Assembly: GCA_021208605.1 (NCBI GenBank)
Contig: JAJOJK010000002.1
Location: forward strand, 37,606 to 101,605
DNA length: 64,000 nt
Source of the DNA: Candidatus Woesebacteria bacterium
GTDB taxonomy: Bacteria; Patescibacteriota; Microgenomatia; UBA1400; UBA1396
Direction: 5' to 3'
Part shown: piece after piece, positions 18,661-28,754 of the stretch
How positions within the stretch are numbered: the first letter of the stretch is position 1
Layout: the number at the start of each line of letters is the position of its first letter
Position numbers and translations under genes: made by a program
Notes under the pieces: model-generated
What the model was told of the DNA's origin: nothing
Seen by the model: the letters and a program-made list of their open reading frames with translations, nothing else
Databases searched by the model: none

Positions 18661-21366
18661 TTACAGGTACGAACCTTTGGAACGCTTTTTGCCTTTTTCC
18701 TTGGATTTGGCTTTTGTTTTCTTTGGAGTGGAAGTCTTTCGTTTGGTAGGTGTAGCCGTTGCCACAGACTCAGTCGGAGATTCCTCACCGCTGGTCATGT
18801 TGGTTGGCCCTACTTCTTGAATATCCTTTGGCACAGTCGGGGTGACCGGCTTCACTTGAATACGCAGGATGCGGCGCAGCGCTTCGAGCTCAATACGAGA
18901 AATCATCGACTGGAATAAGTTGAAAGCTTCTTTTTTGTATTCAGCCAGAGCCTGTTCTTTTCCGCCCCGAAGCCAAATACTGTCGCGCAAATTGGTCATG
19001 TCATCGAGATGATTCATCCATTGTTCGTCAAGTGTGCTCAAGAAAACATAGAGTTCCACGTCACGCATGGCATTTTCGCCCAGTGTTTTTTCACGCAAGG
19101 CGTAGGTGTCCTGCCACAGTTTGGTCAAGAACGCTATGATTTCGGATGCGGTGGATTTTTCTTTCAGTTGTGACTTGATGCGCTCTAAAGAATTCGTGTC
19201 GAAAGGAATCACACTGGCTAGTTCAGTTGTGAGATTTTGGAGCTCGACGTCATCCCAGCCGTCGTCCTCGCGAGCATGAACGAAGGCGTTGAAATGAGAA
19301 ACAAAAGTGTCTTCCAGGCGGTCTTTGAGTTGAGTGGAAGTCTTCTCTTCTTCGTCAGCTTGCTGCATGCCTTCCAGAATGGAGTTACGGCGGTTATAAA
19401 TGACTTCCCGCTGACGATTCATAACGTCGTCGTACTGCACTAAGTTTTTACGCTGATCAAAGAAGAATCCTTCCACCCGGACCTGAGCCTGAGTGATAGC
19501 TCGAGTAATCAGTGGATTCTCGATCGGCATGTTCTCTTCGATCTTCATGGCGCCCATGATATTTTGAATCTGTTCGCCGCCAAAAATACGCATGATCTCG
19601 TCTTCTAAAGAAACATAAAAGCGAGAAGAACCCGGATCACCCTGACGACCGGCACGACCACGCAGCTGGTTATCGATGCGGCGCGCCTCATGTCGAGCGG
19701 TACCGACAATATGTAAACCACCGCGCTCAATAACTGTATCGTGCTCTTTTTGCCAGTCTCGGCGAGCTTGGTCAAAGTCTTCCTGTGACTCATAGTCACG
19801 CCGCTCTGGTTTGGCGCCACCCAAAACAATGTCGACACCACGTCCGGCAATGTTCGTGGCGACGGTTATAGCACCAGGTTTACCAGCGCTGGCAATAATG
19901 AACGCTTCGCGCTCGTGATTTTTCGCATTGAGCACCTCATGGGCGATCTTTTTGCGTGACAAGAGCGTAGATACGACTTGGTTCTGGTCGATCGAACGGG
20001 TACCAATTAAGATCGGGCGACCGGTGGCATGGACCTCTTCAATTTCTCGTAAAATGGCACTGAATTTTGCTCGTTGCGTTTGAAAAATGACATCAGAATG
20101 ATCACGACGCACGACTGGCTTATTGGTCGGAATAGCCAACACATCCATGTCGTAAATCTGCTGAAACTCTTCCGCTTCGGTAACAGCAGTACCCGACATA
20201 CCGGCCAGTTTGGCGTACAAACGGAAGTAGTTTTGCAAGGAAATGGTGGCCAAGGTGCGCGACTCTTGCTGTACAGTCACACCTTCTTTTGCTTCTATGG
20301 CTTGGTGAAGTCCGTCAGAGTAGCGACGACCTTCCATCAGGCGACCGGTGTGTTCATCAACAATAATCACCTGATTATCACGAACTACGTAGTCCACATC
20401 GCGCTCAAACACAGTTTGCGCTTTGAGAGCTTGCTCCACGTGATGAATAACAGAAAAATCTTCTTCGTACAGATTCTTTACTCCGAGTAAGCGCTCGAGT
20501 CGTTTCACGCCCAGATCGGTCAAGGCGGCGGTTTTCATCTTTTCGTCGACTTGGTAGTCGGCTTTTGAGGTCAGTTTTTTGACCAGTTGCGCAAACTCGC
20601 GATACTTCTCGGTTGGTTCGGCATCAGGCGCGGAAATGATTAAGGGAGTACGGGCTTCGTCAATCAAAATAGAGTCGGCCTCGTCAACAATAGCGAAGTG
20701 GTGTGCCACTTGTACTTGGTCAGCCTTGCGTTGGGCCATGTTATCCCGGAGATAGTCAAAACCGAACTCGTTATTGGTTCCATAGGTAATGTCGGCTTCA
20801 TATGCCTGGCGGCGAGTAACATGGCGAAAATGTTCTAAACGCTCGTCACCACGCTCTTTGCCAGTAAACTCCGCGTCATACATGTAGGATACGTCGTGTC
20901 CAATCACCGCTACCGACATATCAAGAAACTCATACAACGGGCCCATCCACCCGGCACCCACTTGAGCCAGATAGTCGTTGACGGTTACTAAGTGCGCGCC
21001 TTTGCCTTCGAGGGCGTTCAAATAGAGCGCGGTGGTGGCGGAAAGCGTTTTTCCTTCACCCGTTTTTTGTTCGGCTACTTTGCCTTCGTGAAAAGCAATA
21101 CCGGCCATCAACTGCACATCATAGTGGCGCATTCCCAAAACCCGGTGGGCCGCCTCGCGCACGGTAGCAAAGGCTTCTGGCAGAAGTAACTCGAGTGTTT
21201 CACCGGTTTCGCGGCGTTTCTTGAATTCCGCGGTTTTCGCTTTCAGTTCACTGTCAGAGAGTTTTTTGAAAGTGTCTTCTAACTCGTTGATACGGGCGAT
21301 CACTTTTTCGTAGCGACCGAGCGTACGGGACTGAACATCAAAAATAGACTGTAAAAAATCAAACAT
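18661..21366 (-). CDS. secA: Preprotein translocase subunit SecA
   Basis: KTGEGKT, VTVNDYLA, FDYLRDNM, DEADSILIDEARTPLIIS, NQLRGRAGRQGDPG. Confidence 0.98.
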   Translation of the reverse strand: MFDFLQSIFDVQSRTLGRYEKVIARINELEDTFKKLSDSELKAKTAEFKKRRETGETLELLLPEAFATVREAAHRVLGMRHYDVQLMAGIAFHEGKVAEQKTGEGKTLSATTALYLNALEGKGAHLVTVNDYLAQVGAGWMGPLYEFLDMSVAVIGHDVSYMYDAEFTGKERGDERLEHFRHVTRRQAYEADITYGTNNEFGFDYLRDNMAQRKADQVQVAHHFAIVDEADSILIDEARTPLIISAPDAEPTEKYREFAQLVKKLTSKADYQVDEKMKTAALTDLGVKRLERLLGVKNLYEEDFSVIHHVEQALKAQTVFERDVDYVVRDNQVIIVDEHTGRLMEGRRYSDGLHQAIEAKEGVTVQQESRTLATISLQNYFRLYAKLAGMSGTAVTEAEEFQQIYDMDVLAIPTNKPVVRRDHSDVIFQTQRAKFSAILREIEEVHATGRPILIGTRSIDQNQVVSTLLSRKKIAHEVLNAKNHEREAFIIASAGKPGAITVATNIAGRGVDIVLGGAKPERRDYESQEDFDQARRDWQKEHDTVIERGGLHIVGTARHEARRIDNQLRGRAGRQGDPGSSRFYVSLEDEIMRIFGGEQIQNIMGAMKIEENMPIENPLITRAITQAQVRVEGFFFDQRKNLVQYDDVMNRQREVIYNRRNSILEGMQQADEEEKTSTQLKDRLEDTFVSHFNAFVHAREDDGWDDVELQNLTTELASVIPFDTNSLERIKSQLKEKSTASEIIAFLTKLWQDTYALREKTLGENAMRDVELYVFLSTLDEQWMNHLDDMTNLRDSIWLRGGKEQALAEYKKEAFNLFQSMISRIELEALRRILRIQVKPVTPTVPKDIQEVGPTNMTSGEESPTESVATATPTKRKTSTPKKTKAKSKEKGKKRSKGSYL

Positions 21367-21373
21367 AGGCGGA

Positions 21374-22828
21374 TTATACTCGTTCTTTCATTTCTTCAAG
21401 ACGGCGAAGCAGTTGCTCGCGATCATTTTTTTGCGGATCTTCGAATACTTCTTCAAAGAGATCTCGCAACACCTGGCCAATACGTGGCCCAGGTGGAATA
21501 TCCAGTATACGCATCACATCTTCTCCATCAACTGCCATATCTTTAATTTGCATGGGTTGATTGAGTTCAGCGTCGATTCGTTCCTTCATTTCTTCCAGGC
21601 GCCAACTCGTGCGCTTACTGCCGCTACCCAGGCGATCGCCTTCACGCAGGGCCATAATGTCATCAATATTTTCATGGCCTATGCGACGAATAAACCGTCG
21701 AATGGCGCTATCAGTCATATCTGGCTGGTAGTGGAACATGTGCCAGCGCACCAAAATAAAAATGCGTTGGACGTCGTTTTTTGAGAGTCGAAGCCGGCGA
21801 GCAATATCCCGCGCTGTACGAGCTCCAATAACTTCGTGGTTATAAAAACTGAACTCGCCGTCCGAGTGAGGCAACGGCTTCTGTGTTTCTGGCTTGGCAA
21901 TGTCATGCAGTAAAGCGGCCAAACGCACCACCGGATCATTGGAAGGACACAACTGACAAGCTCGCAATGAATGCAGCCAAACATCATGTTCATGGTGACC
22001 ACGCTGATCAATTCCGCGCGTCTCCAACAGTTCAGGAATAATGTGTTTGAGTAAACCAGTTGTGTAAAGGATGGTCATGGCGTCTTCGACGTTGTCGGTC
22101 ACAAGAATTTGTAAAAACTCGTCACGAATCCGCTCGAACGATATATTCTGAATACGATCGGCGTGTTTTTGCAAAGCTATAAGTGTCATTTGATCAATAG
22201 AAAATTGCAGTTGAGCGGCAAAACGAACGCCACGAAGCATTCGCAAGGCATCTTCCTCAAAACGAATAGTAGGATCACCAACCGCTACGATCCGGTGTTC
22301 TTGAATTGCTTTTACCCCTTCAAATGGATCAATCACCTGTACAGTGACGGTAATTTCATCCGGCGCTGTGGCAAAATTCTCGAGAAGAGAACTCGATTCT
22401 TTCCAGTCAGTGACGCGAAAGGCGATAGCGTTCATAGTGAAGTCGCGTCGCTTGAGATCTTCTTGCACTGTTTTACCCCATTCGACTGCTTCTGGACGCC
22501 GACTGTCGCGGTAGACGCCTTCTGTGCGGTACGTGGTAATTTCAAAGACCCAGTTGTCGGATTTCGCAAACTCCACGTGTGATGACTGCAGCTGCTCCCA
22601 TATATGTTCACGGGCGACACCGACCGTACCAAATGAGTTTTCATAAAAACTTTCGGGAAACAGAGCCTGTATCTCTTCGGGCTGAGCATTGGTTGTAAAA
22701 TCCCAGTCATGGGTGGGTCGCTGAAGAAAAACGTCCCGCACGGCGCCGCCCACAATATGAGCTTCGAATCCGGCGTTTTCCAGAGTAATGACCGTGGCCA
22801 AAACTTCTTTGGGGACCTGAATTTTCAT
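21374..22828 (-). CDS. cca: CCA tRNA nucleotidyltransferase with HD domain
   Basis: VGGAVRD..DWDFTT, DLKRRDFTMNA, RFEEDALRMLR, LLHDIAKP. Confidence 0.92.
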   Translation of the reverse strand: MKIQVPKEVLATVITLENAGFEAHIVGGAVRDVFLQRPTHDWDFTTNAQPEEIQALFPESFYENSFGTVGVAREHIWEQLQSSHVEFAKSDNWVFEITTYRTEGVYRDSRRPEAVEWGKTVQEDLKRRDFTMNAIAFRVTDWKESSSLLENFATAPDEITVTVQVIDPFEGVKAIQEHRIVAVGDPTIRFEEDALRMLRGVRFAAQLQFSIDQMTLIALQKHADRIQNISFERIRDEFLQILVTDNVEDAMTILYTTGLLKHIIPELLETRGIDQRGHHEHDVWLHSLRACQLCPSNDPVVRLAALLHDIAKPETQKPLPHSDGEFSFYNHEVIGARTARDIARRLRLSKNDVQRIFILVRWHMFHYQPDMTDSAIRRFIRRIGHENIDDIMALREGDRLGSGSKRTSWRLEEMKERIDAELNQPMQIKDMAVDGEDVMRILDIPPGPRIGQVLRDLFEEVFEDPQKNDREQLLRRLEEMKERV

Positions 22829-22901
22829 ACTCTGTCATCCTACCACGATTTGGACAAAAACTTGAGTCAAAATGAAAGAAAGAGTACGCTGGGCAAACAC
22901 T

Positions 22902-24530
22902 ATGCAGATTCAAAAAAATATTTCATCACCGTTCACCACACAGGAAGAACTCCGCGCTGGTTTACTCTCAAGAATTCCGGAGAATCGCCGCGCTCAGTTC
23001 TTTTCTCCGGCTCCTCCAGGCACACTGACAGCTGAACTTCACGGCCTTGATGAAGGCGCTCTAGCCGCCGCCAAAAACCGCCTGCAAACAGCGATTGAAA
23101 AACAAGAAAAGGTCCTCATTTTTGGTGACTACGATTGTGACGGCGTAACCGCTACCGCGGTTCTCTGGGAAACATTGGCCGAAAGTGGACTGACTGCCCG
23201 ACCATTTCTCCCGCATCGTGAGCGTCATGGGTACGGACTTTCGGTGACCGCGTTAGAAGAGATTTTTTCCGAGTATCAGCCAGATCTGGTGGTCACTGTG
23301 GACAATGGCATTGTGGCTCACGAGGCATTCGCTTGGCTCAAAGAGAAAGGGGTCGATACTATTCTGACTGACCATCACACATCCGATGGTACTGTGCCAC
23401 CAGCTGACATTGTCGTGCACTCCACTCAGCTGGCTGGAGTCACCGTTGCCTGGATGCTTGCACATGCCCTCAATCCCGAATCTGCGGCCACTAAACTTGA
23501 TTACGCTGTGCTCGGAACACTGGCTGATCAGGTACCGCTGTACGGTGCCAATCGCAGTTTTGCGCTCCATGGCTTAGCGGCCTTACGAAATACTCAACGC
23601 AGAAGTCTTTTAGCGTTAGCCGAAGCAGCTGGCACCAGACTTTCCGAAGCGACTGCAGAAACAGTTCACTTTTTGCTCGCTCCACGCATTAACGCCATGG
23701 GTCGTCTGGGAGATGCGATGGATGCCTTACGCGCTCTGGTGTCCAAACAACCAGAACGGACCCATCAACTGGTGAAAGCGCTGCAAGAAACGAATCGCTC
23801 GCGTCAGGAACTGACTTCTGATTTGTATGAGGAGGTCATTTCTTCACTATCAGGAAAACACGAGCAGGAACATCTTGTGGTAGTCAGCGGAGAATTTCAT
23901 GAAGGCATTATCGGTTTACTAGCGAGCAAGATCGTTGATACTACTCATAAACCCGCCATTGTGATCTCCACTTTAGGGGAAACGGCCAAGGCCTCTGTGC
24001 GTTCGGTCCCAGGAGTAAATATTGTGGAATTCTTGCGCGACCAAGCTGAAAGCGTTCCGTACGTGGCTCTTGGCGGACATGCCATGGCTGCCGGGTTTTC
24101 TATTCCGCTTGATACGCTCGAAACTACACAACGGCATTTAGAAACCGCCGCCCGTGCTACTATTTCGCCTGATTTGTTGGTACCGAGTATTGAAGTGATT
24201 GGTGCACTGGATTGGTCACTCTTGCGAGGCGAAACTTTGCTGACATTACAAGAATTTGCTCCGTTTGGAGCTGGCAATGAAACACCGAGTTTCTTACTGG
24301 AAGACATTGAGATCCGCGACTATCGACCAGTTGGCCGGGACGGATCACATTGGCTTTTAACTCTTGCTGATCCCAGGAGCGGTCTCCCGACCAAAGCGAT
24401 CTACTTCCGCGCTGCCGAGAAAATAACCGAGCCACTCCATACGTATCGCCACGCTGTGGTCGAGCTTTCACCAAGCAACTACCGCGGCAAGGATGTTGAC
24501 ATTGTGGTTCGAGCGGTTTTAGCGGGTTGA
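22902..24530 (+). CDS. recJ: Single-stranded DNA exonuclease RecJ (DHH family)
   Basis: GDYDCDG, TVDNG, TDHH, APRINAMGR, GGHAMAAG, APFGAGN. Alternative start at 22872. Confidence 0.93.
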   Translation: MQIQKNISSPFTTQEELRAGLLSRIPENRRAQFFSPAPPGTLTAELHGLDEGALAAAKNRLQTAIEKQEKVLIFGDYDCDGVTATAVLWETLAESGLTARPFLPHRERHGYGLSVTALEEIFSEYQPDLVVTVDNGIVAHEAFAWLKEKGVDTILTDHHTSDGTVPPADIVVHSTQLAGVTVAWMLAHALNPESAATKLDYAVLGTLADQVPLYGANRSFALHGLAALRNTQRRSLLALAEAAGTRLSEATAETVHFLLAPRINAMGRLGDAMDALRALVSKQPERTHQLVKALQETNRSRQELTSDLYEEVISSLSGKHEQEHLVVVSGEFHEGIIGLLASKIVDTTHKPAIVISTLGETAKASVRSVPGVNIVEFLRDQAESVPYVALGGHAMAAGFSIPLDTLETTQRHLETAARATISPDLLVPSIEVIGALDWSLLRGETLLTLQEFAPFGAGNETPSFLLEDIEIRDYRPVGRDGSHWLLTLADPRSGLPTKAIYFRAAEKITEPLHTYRHAVVELSPSNYRGKDVDIVVRAVLAG

Positions 24531-24905
24531 GGCATTATCATTTCGATATTTGCCTGAAAAGTCCTCAGAACCATTGAGTGTCGTAACAAAAACTGGATTT
24601 AATTGTACGTCTGGTTGATATCCATGACAGTAGATAAACATTGCACTGTTTAAACCTAATAAGAGTTGTTTGTCTGATTCATTTGTAAAATCAAAATTAA
24701 CATCTTGAAAAGTAATAGTACTTATTTCTTGCGAAAGAACTCCAATTAATCTACAACTCATATGTCCTCTACTTGCAACTGTATCTACATAAGCTAATAC
24801 GAGACCCACGACAGGAAAATCTTCTCGTGTAATTCGTTTCATTTTGGCAATGTAATATAAATGGTCTTTTGATATCTCTCTCTTTTGTTCTTGTTCATAT
24901 GACAT
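24519..24905 (-). CDS. Hypothetical protein downstream of an attenuator
   Basis: 128-aa AT-rich ORF with SD AAGGAG 5 nt upstream; no recognisable family. Confidence 0.7.
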   Translation of the reverse strand: MSYEQEQKREISKDHLYYIAKMKRITREDFPVVGLVLAYVDTVASRGHMSCRLIGVLSQEISTITFQDVNFDFTNESDKQLLLGLNSAMFIYCHGYQPDVQLNPVFVTTLNGSEDFSGKYRNDNASTR

Positions 24906-24923
24906 TTCTTCTCCTTACTCCAT

Positions 24924-25001
24924 AAAAAAACCCGGCGCTTGTGTCCGGGGTTTTGCTTTGGTTTATTCCTTTTTGTTAGGCTTTCGTCAGCATACCCCGG
25001 C
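24924..25001 (-). promoter_or_regulatory. Transcription attenuator (antiterminator plus terminator)
   Basis: Terminator CCCGG-ACACAAGCG-CCGGG-T7. The upstream segment CCGGGGT (24994-25000) is complementary to ACCCCGG (24945-24951), the terminator's 5' arm. Confidence 0.75.
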
Positions 25002-25065
25002 TATTCCACGCAAATTGGCGGAGAGTAATAGTAAGAACCGGTGTATGGTACGTGTGGCGTAACAT
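24976..25065 (-). CDS. Putative attenuator leader peptide (29 aa)
   Basis: MLRHTYHTPVLTITLRQFAWNSRGMLTKA*; starts 9 nt after the -10 and overlaps the antiterminator arm. Confidence 0.65.
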   Translation of the reverse strand: MLRHTYHTPVLTITLRQFAWNSRGMLTKA

Positions 25066-25074
25066 GAGAGCACT

Positions 25075-25102
25075 AGTATACGCGTTGTGGCTCATATTGC
25101 AA
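25075..25102 (-). promoter_or_regulatory. Sigma70 promoter of the leader/orphan transcript
   Basis: TTGCAA-16 nt-TATACT. Confidence 0.65.
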
Positions 25103-25181
25103 GATTGAGCCTGATTTCCTAAGAGTCATACAAAAAGTCCTGTTGCGCGGTCTGTAAGAAAACTGTCACAATGATCGACGT

Positions 25182-26177
25182 ATGGAATCTCTCCAGCGAC
25201 TGCGTCAATATTTGTGGCTTTTTCTCTTGTGGTTTGTGGTCGTTGGTATTGGCGTTATCGGTTCTTTTTGGGAATATTGCCAGGAGAAAAACCTGCCCGT
25301 AACCGTAGCTCCAGCCGCTGAAACACTGTTGACACCAGAAATTACTCTGCCAGCACTTGATTCAGTAGCTACTCCGCCGGCGTACACCGCGCAATCAGTG
25401 TGGCTGTATGACCGGAATTCTGGAAGCGTGCTCTATGAAGATAACGCCCATACCGCTACTTCGGTGGCTTCACTTGCTAAGCTTATGACAGCTCTGGTGA
25501 GTTACGAAGAGTTTTCTCTCGATGATAGTGTTCCCATTGGAACTTCTGCCGCTGCCTTAGGAAACCGTGCTAAATTCTTCTCTTCAGATGTTTTCTCGGT
25601 ATACGATCTCCTCCATGCCATGCTCATTTTCTCGGCAAACGACGCCGCAGAAGCCCTCAGTCGAGCCTACCCAGGCGACATGGATGCCTTTGTCCAGGCC
25701 ATGAATGCACGAGCAGCTTCTCTCGGACTGACCAATACCCAGTTTTCCAACCCATCCGGGCTAGACCACTCCAATCAATACTCAACCGCTGCAGATATTG
25801 GTCGAATTGCCAACACGGTATTGGAAATTCCGCTTTTGTCCCAGATTGTATCGCAGCCAGTACAACAGATTCGCGAACAACGCACTGGCCGAATCGACAC
25901 TGTTTACACCACAAATGCCTTGCTCTATCGACATCCACGCTATCGCGGCATGAAAACAGGCACAACAGAAATGGCCGGCGAAAGCTTAGTGGTGCGTATA
26001 GTTCCTCCAGAAGACGATATCTTGCTTCTTGGCGCCTCCCCCTCTGCGCAAAGAGAGTCGGCATCCTACGACTTACTCCTCGTGATACTTGGGAGTGAAA
26101 ATCGCTTTGATGAAGCCGAACTTCTGACTGAGTGGGCTCTTGCCACGCTTCAACTACAGAATCAAGAGAATTTCTAG
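25182..26177 (+). CDS. D-alanyl-D-alanine carboxypeptidase (peptidase S11)
   Basis: N-terminal TM; SLAK, SAN and KTG penicillin-binding motifs; NPSGL. Confidence 0.92.
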   Translation: MESLQRLRQYLWLFLLWFVVVGIGVIGSFWEYCQEKNLPVTVAPAAETLLTPEITLPALDSVATPPAYTAQSVWLYDRNSGSVLYEDNAHTATSVASLAKLMTALVSYEEFSLDDSVPIGTSAAALGNRAKFFSSDVFSVYDLLHAMLIFSANDAAEALSRAYPGDMDAFVQAMNARAASLGLTNTQFSNPSGLDHSNQYSTAADIGRIANTVLEIPLLSQIVSQPVQQIREQRTGRIDTVYTTNALLYRHPRYRGMKTGTTEMAGESLVVRIVPPEDDILLLGASPSAQRESASYDLLLVILGSENRFDEAELLTEWALATLQLQNQENF

Positions 26178-26189
26178 TATCATAGTGAT

Positions 26190-27263
26190 ATGCCAGCCTC
26201 AAACAGTGATTACTCTCTCACCAATTTTGCCAAGTATGGCCGACTTGCCGTCATTTACGGTCTTATTGGTTTAGTTGTTTTGATTGTTGGCCGCTCACTT
26301 TTATCGACATCCGTATCTGTCTTCAAGGCATTAAATCCGCCACCAACCCCCGGACCAACTATGGGATTTGGATACTTACCCAAACCGGCTTTTCCAAATC
26401 AGATTGCGGAAGATCGGCCAACCAGCTATCGCCTCGATACCGTTGGACAAACCTTACCCAATTTTGGCACGCAAGTTCCGGTGTACTTTATGCCATCGGC
26501 CCAGCCCAATTTATTGGCATTAGATAGTGCCAAGGAAACAGCTGCCTCGTTAGGATTCGTATTTGCCCCAGAAAAGATATCGGCCGAAGAGTATCGCTGG
26601 CGACGAAGCACCCCGATCCCCGCTACCCTAGAAATGAATATCGTGACGAAGCATCTGGATTTAGATGTCGACTGGGCTTCTTCTGTTTCGTTACTCGATA
26701 AAAAAATGATTCCCACACCGGAACAGCTCACCTTAGAAACTCGCAGCCTCTTGCGATCAGCCAATCTTTTGCCTGCTGACATCGCTACCGCTTCCCCCGA
26801 TATTACCTACATTCGGGCTCTGGGCGGGGAGCTCCAACCAGTTAGCAGTGTTTCGGAAGCCGACTTTGTGCGCGTCGATATTTTCCGCCTTGCACCAAAC
26901 GATTTCCCGACGGTAACTTCTGAACAGGATCGTGGCGTTATCCGAGTACTCTTCTCTGGCAGTCGTGAACAGGGAGAACGGGTGTTGCGGCTCGAGTCTG
27001 ATTACAGCTCTGTTGATTGGTCGAACTTTGAAACCTATCCGCTCCAGTCTGCCCAGTTGGCTTGGCAAGCGCTGCAAGCAGGCGAAGGCTTTATCGTGAC
27101 TCCACCTCGAGGAGATGAAGCAGTGATTAGAGAAGTCACGCTGGCTTACTACGAACCTACCCAACTGCAAAATTACTACCAGCCAGTCTATGTCTTTAGC
27201 GGTGATGACAACTTCCGGGCATACGTTCCGGCACTCGATAGTCGTATCTACAATACGAACTAA
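26190..27263 (+). CDS. Single-pass membrane protein of unknown function
   Basis: N-terminal TM, PPPTPGP linker, C-terminal LAYYE...YYQPVYVF beta motif. Confidence 0.8.
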   Translation: MPASNSDYSLTNFAKYGRLAVIYGLIGLVVLIVGRSLLSTSVSVFKALNPPPTPGPTMGFGYLPKPAFPNQIAEDRPTSYRLDTVGQTLPNFGTQVPVYFMPSAQPNLLALDSAKETAASLGFVFAPEKISAEEYRWRRSTPIPATLEMNIVTKHLDLDVDWASSVSLLDKKMIPTPEQLTLETRSLLRSANLLPADIATASPDITYIRALGGELQPVSSVSEADFVRVDIFRLAPNDFPTVTSEQDRGVIRVLFSGSREQGERVLRLESDYSSVDWSNFETYPLQSAQLAWQALQAGEGFIVTPPRGDEAVIREVTLAYYEPTQLQNYYQPVYVFSGDDNFRAYVPALDSRIYNTN

Positions 27264-27308
27264 GAGTCCTGGTTCGATTCGCTTCCCATTTGTGGCATAA
27301 TACACAGC

Positions 27309-28754
27309 ATGTCTGACACACCTATTCGCACTCGTATTGCCCCATCTCCCACCGGAATTGCTCATGTAGGCACGCTCTACATCGCACTTTTCAACTACGC
27401 CTTTGCCAAGCAACATGGTGGACAATTTATTGTTCGTATTGAAGACACCGATCGCAATCGTTTTGTGGAGGGCGCCGAAGAAGTCATTTTTGAAGCACTG
27501 GAATGGGCCGGAATTGTTCCCGACGAAAGTGTGGTACATGGTGGAGAGTATGGTCCCTATCGCCAATCTGAGCGCCTTGAGACGTATCAACAATACGTGG
27601 AACAACTCATTGAACAAGGTGATGCCTACTATTGTTTCTGTACTTCAGAGCGCCTGGCCGACATGCGCGCCGCTCAACAAGCCGCAAAACAGCCACCAAA
27701 ATATGATCGTCACTGCTTGCATACGTATTCTTTGGAAGAAGCGCGCCAAAAAGTTGCTGCTGGAGAGCAGTACGTAGTGAGATTGCGTGTGCCAGAAGGT
27801 AAATCCCAGTGGACGGATATGATTCGCGGTGATGTGGAGATTGACCACGCGCAGATCGACGACCAAGTCCTCCTGAAGTCTGACGGCTTCCCCACGTATC
27901 ACATGGCCGTGGTGGTCGATGATCACTTGATGGGAATTACTCATGTCATGCGCGGTGAAGAATGGATTAGCTCGACACCAAAGCATCTTATTCTGTACGA
28001 AAAACTGGGCTTTCCTGTTCCTCAGTATGCCCATATGCCTCTGCTGCGTAACACCGATAAATCGAAGCTTTCCAAACGAAAAAATGATGTCTCCATTGTC
28101 AGCTATCGCGATAAAGGCTATTTGCCACAAGCTTTACTGAACTTCTTGATGTTGCTCGGATGGTCTCATCCTGACAACAAAGAATTCCCCATCTCTTTGG
28201 AAGAATTTGTGCGCGTTTTTGATATGGATCGAATGCAAAAAACCGGACCCGTTTTTGACGTTGAGAAACTCAATTGGATGAACGGAAAATACCTCCGTGA
28301 AGTACTTTCCCAAACTGAAGTAGCCGAAAGAGTACAACAGTACTTGCCAGAAAATTATCCGGTAGAAAATATTCCGTTGTATCTGCCATTGGTGCTGGAT
28401 CGCATGGGCACTCTGCTCGATTTTGCTGATCTAACTGACTTTTTCTATCAAGACACCGCGATCGACACCGACCAATTGCTCAAAAAAGGCGCAACTCCAG
28501 AGCTCGTAGTGCAACAACTCCAAGAAACAGCAACGGCTCTAGAGGCCTTACCGGAATGGAAACACGAGACTATTGAAACAGCTGTCCGCGCTTTGCAAGA
28601 ACTGCATACCTGGAAAAAAGGTCAGTACTTTATGATGCTCCGCTTGGCTGCCACCGGCCGCAAAGCAACGCCGCCTCTTTTTGAAACGATTCATGCTATT
28701 GGCAAGGAACGTGTATTGGGACGTTTCGCTGATTGTATAGAAACTTTGCGCTAG
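27309..28754 (+). CDS. gltX: Glutamate--tRNA ligase
   Basis: RTRIAPSPTG..HVGT, RIEDTD, PYRQSER, KLSKR. Confidence 0.97.
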   Translation: MSDTPIRTRIAPSPTGIAHVGTLYIALFNYAFAKQHGGQFIVRIEDTDRNRFVEGAEEVIFEALEWAGIVPDESVVHGGEYGPYRQSERLETYQQYVEQLIEQGDAYYCFCTSERLADMRAAQQAAKQPPKYDRHCLHTYSLEEARQKVAAGEQYVVRLRVPEGKSQWTDMIRGDVEIDHAQIDDQVLLKSDGFPTYHMAVVVDDHLMGITHVMRGEEWISSTPKHLILYEKLGFPVPQYAHMPLLRNTDKSKLSKRKNDVSIVSYRDKGYLPQALLNFLMLLGWSHPDNKEFPISLEEFVRVFDMDRMQKTGPVFDVEKLNWMNGKYLREVLSQTEVAERVQQYLPENYPVENIPLYLPLVLDRMGTLLDFADLTDFFYQDTAIDTDQLLKKGATPELVVQQLQETATALEALPEWKHETIETAVRALQELHTWKKGQYFMMLRLAATGRKATPPLFETIHAIGKERVLGRFADCIETLR

